64,000 nt of DNA from an uncultured Gemmatimonadaceae bacterium (GTDB lineage: Bacteria; Gemmatimonadota; Gemmatimonadetes; Gemmatimonadales; Gemmatimonadaceae): the NCBI GenBank assembly GCA_963829055.1, contig CAWHHI010000004.1:832001-896000 (forward strand). Reading direction: 5' to 3'. Position 1 is the first letter of the stretch; each line of letters opens with the position of its first letter. Position numbers and translations under genes: made by a program. Below, piece by piece: positions 53,803 to 64,000 of this stretch. The notes under the pieces were generated by a model that ran no database searches, had not been told where the DNA came from, and saw only the letters and a list, made by a program, of their open reading frames with translations.

Positions 53803-54378
53803 ATGCACCGATACACCCTGCCGTTTGCGCTGCTCCTCGTCAGTGGATGCGGGTACAACACGATTCAGAAGTACGACGAGACTGTGAACGCGGCGAAGAA
53901 CCAGATCGAAGTACAGCTGCAGCGTCGCGCCGATCTCATTCCGAACCTCGTCGCGACGGTGAAGGGATACGCGCAGCAGGAGCAGGACGTATTCGTTCAG
54001 GTCGCTCAGGCACGCGCCGGAGTGCTGGGCGCCGTGCAGAAGGGCGACCCGCGCGAAATGGCCAACGCGAACGATCAGCTCACGGGCGCGTTGGGCAGAC
54101 TGATGGTCGTGGCCGAGGCGTACCCGCAGCTCAAGTCGGACCAGAACTTCCTCAAGCTGCAGGACGAGCTCACCGGAACCGAGAACCGCATCGCGGTCGC
54201 GCGCACGGATTACAACGGTGCCGTCCAGACGTACAACACGTACATCCGGACGCTGCCGCAGTCGCTCACCGCGAAGGTGACTGGCGCAAAGCAGCGCGAG
54301 TATTTCGAGGTCACCACGCCGGGAGCGCGCACAGCGCCGTCCGTGGATTTCTCGAAGCCGGCGGCTAAGACGCCCTGA
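53803..54378 (+). CDS. lemA: LemA family protein
   Basis: GCGYN, LQRRADLIPNLVATVKGYA, EAYPQLKSDQNF, ELTGTENRIAVAR. Confidence 0.93.
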   Translation: MHRYTLPFALLLVSGCGYNTIQKYDETVNAAKNQIEVQLQRRADLIPNLVATVKGYAQQEQDVFVQVAQARAGVLGAVQKGDPREMANANDQLTGALGRLMVVAEAYPQLKSDQNFLKLQDELTGTENRIAVARTDYNGAVQTYNTYIRTLPQSLTAKVTGAKQREYFEVTTPGARTAPSVDFSKPAAKTP

Positions 54379-54480
54379 CCCTAAACGATGACGGCTGATC
54401 ACACCTTAATACGCCTCATCACCGGTCCACCGCGCCGCGGGCACGTTCCGCGTTAGGCGCTAAGCAACTTCTCCGGTAGA

Positions 54481-54516
54481 ACGCCCCCGGTGCTCAAGCT
54501 CGAGCACCGGGGGCGT
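54481..54516. terminator. GC-rich hairpin after lemA
   Basis: ACGCCCCCGGTGCTC-loop-GAGCACCGGGGGCGT; a related hairpin lies at 59603-59637. Confidence 0.55.
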
Positions 54517-54567
54517 CGCGCATCCGGCGGTCGAGCCAGAGTCGGAGTGACGGTCGATGAAGGCGTC

Positions 54568-54610
54568 CTCACACATTGTTGACACTGTTCTCACGCAGCC
54601 GTATCGTCTC
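54568..54610 (+). promoter_or_regulatory. Sigma70-like promoter upstream of the first susC
   Basis: TTGACA (54579)-17 bp-TATCGT (54602); same arrangement upstream of the second susC. Confidence 0.6.
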
Positions 54611-54816
54611 GATCGGAGCAGCACTAAGCGCACTGTGGACTGCTCCCTAAGACACCCCACGCTCACGTCCAGAGGAGCGACATATGATGACCAGCCCGCC
54701 AGACCTCAGGCCCAGACACTCCACCTGGAGGACCCCGAACCAACTCGCAACACCACCCTGCAGTTCATTCTGTTGTCTCATGCAGCAGACGGTCGATGGA
54801 AGACCGAGGAGGGAAC

Positions 54817-57800
54817 ATGCACGCACCCTGGCGTTTGCTCGCCATTCTCACTGGGTTCGTTGTCGCCTACCTAGCGCCGCCGGGCCAGCTTAGAGCCCAG
54901 CAGGCTGTCACCATCACTGGCCGCGTCACCACCGACGCTGGCGCCCCGCTATCGCTCGCCTCCGTCTATCTGGAAACGCTGGGTCTCGGTACCCAGACTG
55001 GTGAGGACGGGCGCTACCAGATCACCGTCCCCGCAGCGCGAGTCACCGGGCAGCAAGTGAGCCTCGGCGTTCGCGCGATCGGCTACCGCAACACGTCGTC
55101 ACTGGTCACGCTGACGGGCGGAGCGATCACGAAGGACTTCACGCTCGCCGCCAACCCGCTGCGGCTCGGCGAGGTTGTTGTCACCGGCTCGGGCACGTCC
55201 ACGACGGTCGAGAAGCTCGGCAACTCGATCAACTCGGTCAAATCCGAGGACGTGCGGAAATCCAACGAGCCGAACATCGTCAACGCGCTCGCGGCGAAGG
55301 CGCCCGGTGTCGAGATCACCTCGCAGGCGGGCGACCCCGGGGCCGGCTCATCGATCATCATCCGCGGGCTCAAGACCATTCAGGGTGACGGCCAGCCGCT
55401 GTTCGTCATCGACGGCCAGCCGATCGACAACTCGACGCTGGCCACGAGCGAGCTACCCGACGGGTCGACCGCGTACACCAACCGCGCGGCCGACATCAAC
55501 CCTAACGACATCGAGTCGATCGAGATCCTGAAGGGAGCCGCAGCGTCGGCGATCTACGGCGCGCGCGCCGCGCAGGGCGTCGTCCTCATCACGACCAAGA
55601 GTGGCCGAGCGGGGCAGACCCGCTACTCGCTCCGCTCGTCGTTCGGGATGGACAATGTCAACAAGTCGATTCCGCTGCAGCGGAGCTATGGGCGCGGGCA
55701 GGAAGGCAGCGCCACACTGGCGGCCTGCGACGGACTCGGATGCTACCCGACCGCCTCGAGCTGGGGCCCGAAGCTCGACGGATCGACCAAGACGTTCGAC
55801 CACTGGAACGAGGCGTTCTCGACGGGGAACACCTACGACAATGTGCTCGACATCTCGGGAGGTGACGATCGCCGGACGTTCTACGCTTCCCTCGGCAACA
55901 CGTATCAGAACGGAACCATCGTCGGCGATCACGACACGTACAACCGGACGACGGGGCGTCTCAAGGCGACTCAGTTCTTCGGCAACACGCTGCGTGTCGG
56001 CGGCAACATCTCGTACATGGATGTTCGCGCGCGCTATGTCCAGAAAGGGAACAACCTCAACGGCATCCTGCTCGGGCTCGCGCGTACGCCGCCGGACTTC
56101 GACAACTTCCCCTACGTCGTCGACGGGCTCCACCGATCGTATCGCTACCCGAACCCGGACCCGGCCGACCCGCTGGCGGACCGCGTGTACGACAACCCGT
56201 TCTGGGTCATCAACCGCGACGAAAACACGTCGGACGTGAACCGAGCCATCGGGAACTTCGACATCAGCTGGGATGCGTTGCAGTGGCTCAACCTCAAGTA
56301 CACGTTCGGCGCGGACTACTCGTCCGACCAGCGGATCTCGGGGCTTCCGCCACAGAGCTCCGGTGACGCGCTCACGGGCCAACTCTGGCAGGGCGCGTAC
56401 ACCAACCTGCAGATCGACGGCAACTTCGTGGCGACCGCACAGAAGAAGTGGAGCGACGCGTTCAACACGACGTTCACGTTAGGCCAGAACCTGAACAGCC
56501 GCGATCTGCGCCAGGTTCAGGCGAAGGGGACGACGTACATCGATCCGGACCTCTTCACGCTGAACAACACCGTCAACTCGAACATGCAGGCGCAGAACTA
56601 CAGCTCGCTCGTGCGCGTCGCGGGCTACTTCGCGCAGGCGGGCGTCGATCTGTGGGATCAGCTGTACCTGACCGCGGCAGTTCGTGCCGACCAGTCATCG
56701 ACGTTCCCGAAGGCGGACCGGACGAACTACTACCCGAAGGCGAGCCTCGCGTGGAACGCGTTCGGCACCGGCTCACGGGGAGCTGTCGGACCGCTCAGCT
56801 ATCTGAAGCTCCGTGGGGCGTACGGCGCCGTGGGGCGCGAACCGCTCGCCTATCAGATCCTCGATGCGTTCAGTAACGGTGCCGCCTTGCTGGACTACGG
56901 CGGCGGGTCGACCAGCCCGACACAGAACGGCAAGGGTGGACTCGTCAGCGATACCGTGAAGGGCGCGCCGACCCTCAAACCGGAGCGCACCAGCGAGTTC
57001 GAAGGAGGGTTCGACTTCGGGCTGTTCAACCAGCGCATCGACGGCGGCGTCACGCTGTACAACGCCAAGACCACCGACGTGATCTTCTTCACGCCCATTG
57101 CGGTGTCCACCGGCTACAAGAACGTGACGAGCAACGGTGGCGAGATCACGAACAAGGGGCTCGAGATCTCACTGAACGGGCGTGCGCTCGAGGGCAACCG
57201 GCTTCGGTGGGAAATCGGCGTCAACTGGGCGACGAACACGAACAAGCTCACGCAGCTGCAGGGGGCGGATTACGTCGGCCTCACCGGCGGCTTCGGCAAC
57301 AGCGTCGCCGTGAAAGGACAGCCGTTAGGCACGTTCTACGGCACCGACTGGGTGCGCTGCCGCTACGGTGTCGCCGACGCGGATAACGGGCAGTCCACGA
57401 GCCTCGGCCAGAGCACGGACATCAACGCGCTGTGCCGCGCCGCGAACGCACCCGACGGCGCGCTGTTCGTCGACGCGAATGGGTTCCCGCTCCTCGATCC
57501 GGCGAATCGTGTCCTCGGCGATCCGAATCCGGACTGGATTTCGGGGATTCGGAACACGTTCACGCTCTTCAAGAAGCTTCAGATCGGTACCCTCGTCGAC
57601 ATCAAGAAGGGCGGCGTGAACTGGAACGGCACTCGCCTCGCGCTCCAGCGATTCGGGACCGTCGGGAGCACCGCGGTTCGCGCCGACTGCAGCGGGGGGG
57701 TCGCCGCGTGCACCGGCAACGAGAAGATCTTCGGGCAGACCATCGAGAAGAGCCGGGGGGCCGTCGGCCCTGGCGCCGGAAAGTCGGTGCCGATCGGGGA

Positions 57801-58113
57801 GAATTGGTGGCGTGCCGGCCTGGGGAACAATTTCAACGGCCCCGTGGGTCAGGGTGTCGAGGACGCGAGCTACGTGAAGCTGCGTGAGATCTCCGCGGCG
57901 TACACGTGGGAGAACGCGCGCGTCCGCAACCTCACCGGCTTCACCGCTATGGAGTTCCGGCTCGCCGCGCGCAACCTGCACACGTGGACGGACTACAGCG
58001 GCGTGGATCCCGAGACGAACCTCGAAGGCTCGTACGGCATCGGGCGCGGTCAGGACTACTTCAACAACCCGCAGACACGCTCGCTGATCTTCAGCATCAA
58101 CCTCACGCACTAG
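54817..58113 (+). CDS. SusC/RagA family TonB-dependent transporter (copy 1)
   Basis: GAGGAGG RBS; N-terminal extension; PLFVIDG; DINPNDIESIEILKGAAASAIYGARAAQGVVLITTK; YVKLREIS; YSGVDPE. Confidence 0.95.
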   Translation: MHAPWRLLAILTGFVVAYLAPPGQLRAQQAVTITGRVTTDAGAPLSLASVYLETLGLGTQTGEDGRYQITVPAARVTGQQVSLGVRAIGYRNTSSLVTLTGGAITKDFTLAANPLRLGEVVVTGSGTSTTVEKLGNSINSVKSEDVRKSNEPNIVNALAAKAPGVEITSQAGDPGAGSSIIIRGLKTIQGDGQPLFVIDGQPIDNSTLATSELPDGSTAYTNRAADINPNDIESIEILKGAAASAIYGARAAQGVVLITTKSGRAGQTRYSLRSSFGMDNVNKSIPLQRSYGRGQEGSATLAACDGLGCYPTASSWGPKLDGSTKTFDHWNEAFSTGNTYDNVLDISGGDDRRTFYASLGNTYQNGTIVGDHDTYNRTTGRLKATQFFGNTLRVGGNISYMDVRARYVQKGNNLNGILLGLARTPPDFDNFPYVVDGLHRSYRYPNPDPADPLADRVYDNPFWVINRDENTSDVNRAIGNFDISWDALQWLNLKYTFGADYSSDQRISGLPPQSSGDALTGQLWQGAYTNLQIDGNFVATAQKKWSDAFNTTFTLGQNLNSRDLRQVQAKGTTYIDPDLFTLNNTVNSNMQAQNYSSLVRVAGYFAQAGVDLWDQLYLTAAVRADQSSTFPKADRTNYYPKASLAWNAFGTGSRGAVGPLSYLKLRGAYGAVGREPLAYQILDAFSNGAALLDYGGGSTSPTQNGKGGLVSDTVKGAPTLKPERTSEFEGGFDFGLFNQRIDGGVTLYNAKTTDVIFFTPIAVSTGYKNVTSNGGEITNKGLEISLNGRALEGNRLRWEIGVNWATNTNKLTQLQGADYVGLTGGFGNSVAVKGQPLGTFYGTDWVRCRYGVADADNGQSTSLGQSTDINALCRAANAPDGALFVDANGFPLLDPANRVLGDPNPDWISGIRNTFTLFKKLQIGTLVDIKKGGVNWNGTRLALQRFGTVGSTAVRADCSGGVAACTGNEKIFGQTIEKSRGAVGPGAGKSVPIGENWWRAGLGNNFNGPVGQGVEDASYVKLREISAAYTWENARVRNLTGFTAMEFRLAARNLHTWTDYSGVDPETNLEGSYGIGRGQDYFNNPQTRSLIFSINLTH

Positions 58114-58131
58114 AGCCACGGAGGACTCGTT

Positions 58132-59512
58132 ATGCGCCTGCGCAATTCCGTCGCGCTCTGCGCGATCGTGGCGTGCGGCCTCCTGGCCAGCGCCTGTTCC
58201 GACGGTTACTTCGAAGGCCCTCGTCTCGACGAGAACCCGAACAAACCGTCCAATGCCGGCGCCGATCAGCAGTTCATCGGCTTCCAGGCATTCTCGTTCT
58301 ACGCCCTGACCGGCGACGTGAATCGTGTCGTCAGCCTGTTCATGCAGCAGATGGCGGGCACCGGCAGGCAGTGGGCTGGCTACGACCAGTATCAGGTCAC
58401 CGAGAACGATTTCACCATGTCCGCCTACTATGCACAGGGTGGCCTCGTCGACATCCGCGGTGTGGAGAAGAAGGTGGAGGACAACAAACCCTATCTCGGC
58501 GTCGCCCAGACGTGGGAAGCGTTGGTGATGGACGTCGCCAGCGACGTGTGGGGTGACATCCCGTACTCAGAGGCGGTCACGGACGCGAAGAACCCGAAGC
58601 TCGACAAGCAGATCGATGTGCATAACGCGTTGCTCGCGCTCCTCGACCGGGCCATCGCGAACATCAACGGTGCCGGCCCTGGCGTGCCCGCGGGGGTCGA
58701 CCTCGTCTTCGATGGAAGCAAGACGGAGTGGACAGCAGGCCGCGCACACGCTCAAGGCGCGCCTGTACATGCACCTGGCCGAGTCCGATCCGGCCAATTA
58801 TGCAAAGGCCCTGACGGAGACGAATTCGGGCATCGCATCCAGTGCGAACGACTTCACCACGTACCACAGCGGCACCACTGGGGAAGCGAACCACTGGAAT
58901 CAGTTCCGCATCCAGCGCGGTACGGACATCAGTGCCGGGAAGTTCCTCGTTGACTTGATGAAGCAGCGGAACGACCCGCGGCTGATGACGTACTTCAGCC
59001 CTGGCGCCAGTGCGGGCGGCCAGGTCATCGGTGCCTCGCCCGGCCAGGAGTTCGATGGGCGGCAGGCATGGCTGTCGGCCACGCGCGGCGCGCCAGAATT
59101 CCGGCAGCCGGTGCTCACGTTCGCCGAGAACCAGCTTATCCGCGCCGAGGCGCAGTATCGAACCGGAGCGCAACCGGCGGCGCTCGCGACGCTGAATGGC
59201 TACCGCGCGAGCGTGGGTCTTCCGGCAAAGGCGGGACTCAGTGGCGCTCCATTGCTGGCGGCGATTCTGGAGGAGAAGTACGTGGCGCTGTTCCAGAACA
59301 CCGAGGTGTGGAACGATTATCGTCGCACGTGCTATCCGAACCTCGCGCCGGCTGCTGGCACCTTCATCCCCGCGCGGCTGGTGTACGGAACGGACGAGCG
59401 ACGGGCGAATCCCAACATCCCGTCACCGTCGCAGCAGCCGCGGCGGAACCAGGCCGACCTCGCGACAGCCACGTCGGTCGATGGCTCACCTTGTCTCGGT
59501 ACCGGGTCGTGA
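58132..59512 (+). CDS. SusD/RagB family lipoprotein (copy 1); frameshift near 58733
   Basis: Lipobox ASAC; ENPN; DVWGDIPYSEA; AHTLKARLYMH; NDPRL; EKYVALF; EVWNDYRRT. Confidence 0.9.
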
Positions 59513-59682
59513 GGAGGACCTGACCCACACCCAGACTTGACCCACCCCGTGCGCAGGCCGCCGTCGCGTTAGGCGCGCCGCGCGGCGGCACGAGGCAATG
59601 TGCGACGCCCCCGGAGCTCGAGCTCCGGGGGCGTCGTCACGTTGGGCGGCCGAGGCTCGACCCGTTACGGCCGGCCCTGCCT

Positions 59683-59726
59683 CTGACACATCGTTGACAC
59701 GTTGAGTCGCCCTTCCGTATCGTCTC
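59683..59726 (+). promoter_or_regulatory. Sigma70-like promoter upstream of the second susC
   Basis: TGACACATCG-TTGACA (59694)-18 bp-TATCGT (59718)-CTC, parallel to 54568-54610. Confidence 0.6.
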
Positions 59727-59925
59727 ACCACCGTTCGCCACGGTCTGACACGATTCATCACGGTTCGTCCCACGGTCGCGCCGTGTGACATCTGGTCCGA
59801 CCGCCAGTCCATAGAACCAACGTCACCTCTAACCGGAGACTTTGCAGCACCGGACGTCCTCGACCGGCTCCGGCCGGATCGCGCTCGCGCTTCTCTTGTT
59901 CGATGGATCCACCGAAGGAGGGTCG

Positions 59926-62900
59926 ATGCGGTCATCCTGGCGTTTGCTCGGCATTCTCGCGGTTTCACTCGGCTCGGGGCTCGCGCGCCCGGAGTCTGCC
60001 CACGCTCAACAATCAGCAGTCTACGGTCTCCGGCCGCGTCACGAACGAGGCGGGCGCGCCGCTCTCGCTCGCGTCGGTCTACATCGAGACCCTCGGCCTC
60101 GGCACGCAGACGGCCGAGGACGGACGATACCAACTGACGATCCCGGCGGCCCGCGTCCACGGTCAGCAGGTCGTCCTCGGTGTTCGAGCGATCGGTTTCC
60201 GTAACACGACAGCGACTATCTCGCTGACCGAGACGACGATCTCCAAGGACTTCACGCTCGCGGCGAATCCGCTTCGACTCGGCGAGGTCGTCATCACCGG
60301 ATCAGGCACATCGACGACCGTCGAGAAGCTTGGGAACTCGATCAACTCGGTGAAGGCAGCCGAGATCCAGAAGTCGAGCGAGCCGAACATCGTCAACACG
60401 CTCGCCGCCAAAGCGCCCGGCGTCGAGGTGACGTCCGCGTCCGGTGATCCGGGTGCTGGGTCGTCCATCATCATCCGCGGCATCAAGACGATCCAGGGCG
60501 ATGCCCAGCCGCTCTTCGTCGTCGACGGCCAGCCCATCGACAACACCACGACGTCGACCAACCCGAACGACTTCAGCGCGAGCACCGCGGCGACGAACCG
60601 CGCCGCCGACATCAACCCGAACGACATCGAGTCGATCGAGATCCTCAAGGGCGCGGCCGCCTCGGCCATCTACGGCGCGCGCGCGGCGCAGGGCGTCATC
60701 CTCATCACCACGAAGAGCGGCCGCGCCGGACAGACGCGCTACTCGCTGCGCTCGAACTCGACGTGGGACGACGTCAACAAGAGCATCCCGCTCCAGCGCT
60801 CGTACGGCCGGGGCGAGATCGGAAGTGCGGCAAAGGCTGCGTGCGCGAGGCCCAGGGTGCACGCCCACCTCTTCGACCTGGGGTCCCGCGGTGGCCTCCG
60901 GGACGCCCACCTACGACCACTGGGGCGAGGCGTTCAACACCGGAAACACGTTCGACAACGTGCTGTCGGTGAGCGGTGGCGACGACCGACGTACGTTCTT
61001 CATCTCCGCCGGCAACACGTCGCAGAACGGCACCATCGTCGGTGACCACGACAAGTACAACCGAACGACGGGCCGGCTCAAGGCGACACAGCTGATCGGC
61101 AACAAGCTGCGCGTCGGCGGGAACGTGACGTACTCCGACGTGCGCTCGGACTACGTGCAGAAGGGAAACAACCTGAATGGACTCCTGCTGGGGCTCGCCC
61201 GTACCCCACCCGACTTCAACAACTTCCCCTACGTCGTCGACGGGCTGCATCGCTCGTACCGCTACCCGAACCCGGCGAATTCGACCGACGACCGCGTTTA
61301 CGACAACCCGTTCTGGGTCATCAACGAGGACCGGAACACGTCGACCGTCGGGCGCGCGATCGGGAACTTCAACATCGACTGGGACGCGCTGAGCTGGTTG
61401 AACGTGAAGTACACGTTAGGCGCCGACCATGCCTCCGACGAGCGGATCGAAGGCCTCCCGCCGCAGAGCGCTGGGTATGATGGCGGCACGATCTGGCAGG
61501 GCACGTACAACGCGCTGCAACTCGACCACAACCTGGTCGCCACGGCTCAGCACAAGTGGAGCGATGCCTTCGCGACAACGTTCACCCTCGGCCAGAACCT
61601 GAATAGCCGCAACCAGCGCATCGTGCAGGCGAACGGGACGACATTCATCGACCCCGAGCTGTTCACGTTGAACAACACGGTCAGCACGAACCTGCAGCCG
61701 CAGAACTACGCGTCGACGGTTCGCATTGCCGGCTACTTCGGCCAACTCGGCGTCGACGCCTGGGACCGCCTGTACCTCACCGCCGCGGTGCGCGCAGACC
61801 AGTCGTCCACGTTCCCGAAAGAGGACCGCACGAACTACTACCCGAAGGCAAGCCTCGCCTGGAATGCCATCGGCGGCTCGCGTCCGCCCATGGGACCGGT
61901 CAGCTATCTGAAGCTGCGCACCGCCTACGGCGCCGTGGGTCGAGAGCCGAACGCATACCAGATTCTCGACACGTTCCTTGGAGGTGCCATCCCCATCGAC
62001 TACGGAACGGGCTCCACGAGCCCCACCCAGGGCGGCAACGGTGGTCTATACAGCAGCTCCGTGAAGGGTGCGCCGCGTCTCAAGCCCGAGCGCACGGCGG
62101 AAGCCGAGGTCGGGATCGACTTCGGGCTATTCAATCAGAAGGTCGACGGGTCCGTCACCTATTACGACGCCAACACGAGCGACGTGATCTTCTCGCTTCC
62201 GGTGCCCGTCTCGACGGGGTACCAGAACGTCACGTCCAACGGCGGCAAGATTACCAACAAGGGGATCGAGGTCGTTCTCAACTGGCGCGCGCTCGACATC
62301 CAAAACCTGCAGTGGGAGATCGGCGGGAACTGGGCGCAGAATCGCAACCGGCTGGTCGAGCTGCAGGGTGCCGACTACGTCGGGATTACCGGCGGGTTCG
62401 GCGTCTCCACGGCTGTAAAGGGCGAGCCGTTAGGCACCTTCTACGGCACCGACTGGATCCGCTGTCGTTACGAGGTGGCTGACGCGGACAACCACACGAC
62501 GAACGCGGCGGGCGCGGACGTCGATGTCAACGCACTCTGTCGCTCGACCAACGCTGCCGACCACTCGCTGTACGTGGACGCCGATGGCTTCCCTCTCATC
62601 GACAATGCGAACCGCGTGATCGGCAACCCGAATCCGCAGTGGATTGGGGGACTTCGAAACACGTTCACGCTCTTCAAGAAATTCCAGATCTCCTCGCTCG
62701 TGGACGTGAAGAAGGGCGGCCAGAACTGGAATGGAACGCGCCTCGCGCTTCAGCGCTTCGGCACCAGCAGCTACACGAATCCCCGCGCCGACTGCAGCGC
62801 CGGCCTCGACAAGTGCGTGGGCAACGAGAAAGTCTTCGGGCAGACGATCGAGAAGAGCCCCGGCGTCGTCGGGCCGGGCGCGAACAAGTCGGTCCCGATT

Positions 62901-63218
62901 GGAGAGAATTGGTGGCGCGCAGGCCTCGGCAACAACTTCAACGGGCCGACCGGCCAGGGTGTCGAGAACGCCGGCTACGTGAAGCTGCGCGAGATCTCGA
63001 TCGCGTATACGCTCGACAATGCGCGTGTCCGCTCGATGACCGGTCTCGCGTCGGTCGACATCAGGCTTGGCGCCCGGAACATCTACACGTGGAGTGACTA
63101 CAAAGGCGTCGACCCCGAGACCAATCTCGAGGGATCGTTAGGCATCGGCCGCGGCCAGGACTACTTCAACAACCCGCAGACGCGCTCGCTTACGTTCACC
63201 ATTGGACTCAACCGATGA
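59926..63218 (+). CDS. SusC/RagA family TonB-dependent transporter (copy 2); frameshifts (~60010 and ~60848)
   Basis: AAGGAGG RBS; colinear close paralog of copy 1 across ORFs 59842, 59903 and 60444; ends FNNPQTRSLTFTIGLNR. Confidence 0.92.
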
Positions 63219-63238
63219 CGCGCCGGAGGAATGCCCGC

Positions 63239-64000
63239 ATGCGTATGCGCATATCCGCGGCGATCTCGGCGATCACGGTCGCTGGCATCGTCGCTGGCTG
63301 CAACGATTATTTCGAAGGCCCCGGGGTCAGCGAGAATCCGAACTCGCCTTCCAAGGCCACGGCCGACCAACAGTTCACCGGCTTCCAGGCGTTCGCGTTC
63401 TACAACCTGACCGGTGACGTGAACCGGCTGATCAGCATGTGGACCCAGCAGATGGCCGGCACCGGCCGCCAGTGGGCGGGCTACGACAAGTACGTCGTGA
63501 CCGAGAACGACTTCACGTTCGGCGGCTACTACACCGGTGGCGGTCTGGTCGACATCCGGGGTCTCCAGACCAAGGTCAAGGACGACAAGTTGTATTTCGG
63601 CGTCGCGCAAACCTGGGAAGCGCTGACGATGGATCTCGTCTCGGATGTCTGGGGCGATATCCCCTACTCCGAAGCGGCGGGCGACGTGCTCCTGCCAAAG
63701 CTCGACAAGCAGCTCGACGTGCACAACGCGTTGCTCGCGCTGCTGGATCAGGCGCTCACTAACCTGACCGCCGGCGGGGCTGGGCCGGGGGCCGTCGATC
63801 TGGTCTACGGCGGCGACAAGGCCAAGTGGATCGCTGCCGCGCACACGCTGAAGGCGCGGCTCTACATGCACCTCGCGGAGCTGGACGCGTCGAACTACGC
63901 GAAGGCGCTCACCGAGACCAACGCGGGCATCTCGTCAGCGGCCGGCGATTTCACGACGTACCACAGCGGTTCGACGGGTGAGAACAATCACTGGAATCAG
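63239..64000 (+). CDS. SusD/RagB family lipoprotein (copy 2); runs off the window
   Basis: MRMRISAAIS...VAGC lipobox; SENPN; QQMAGTGRQWAGYD; DVWGDIPYSEA; AHTLKARLYMH; paralog of copy 1. Confidence 0.9.
   Translation, partial: MRMRISAAISAITVAGIVAGCNDYFEGPGVSENPNSPSKATADQQFTGFQAFAFYNLTGDVNRLISMWTQQMAGTGRQWAGYDKYVVTENDFTFGGYYTGGGLVDIRGLQTKVKDDKLYFGVAQTWEALTMDLVSDVWGDIPYSEAAGDVLLPKLDKQLDVHNALLALLDQALTNLTAGGAGPGAVDLVYGGDKAKWIAAAHTLKARLYMHLAELDASNYAKALTETNAGISSAAGDFTTYHSGSTGENNHWNQ

Overview
High-GC bacterial chromosome segment (roughly two-thirds G+C by eye). Gene style (SusC/SusD pairs, short RpoD-like sigma factor, stand-alone F1 atpAGDC operon) suggests Gemmatimonadota; this is inference. From left to right: EAL-HDOD protein, sigma54 response regulator, OmpR-type two-component pair, an envelope-modification block (PepSY, mprF, AcvB/VirJ, LTA-synthase family, BamA/TamA-like), a rifamycin phosphotransferase (rph) with an upstream RAE-like palindrome, six tRNAs (including both Arg-ACG and Arg-TCG), a sigma-70 factor, atpAGDC, c-di-GMP genes, waaA and a DsbA-family gene. 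These are followed by a ~15 kb gene run resembling the Myxococcus Agl-Glt motor core, headed by uncharacterised secreted proteins and ending in TPM/nucleotidyltransferase/LemA genes, and then two tandem SusC/SusD pairs. More than ten genes carry small frameshifts that look like long-read errors. Best leads: (1) the octamer CGTTAGGC/GCCTAACG is strongly over-represented across the window, often inside genes, and turns over between paralogs; (2) the Agl-Glt-like operon; (3) an RAE-rph module outside Actinobacteria; (4) several short dispersed repeat families. All calls are from motif reading by eye; no database searches were run.
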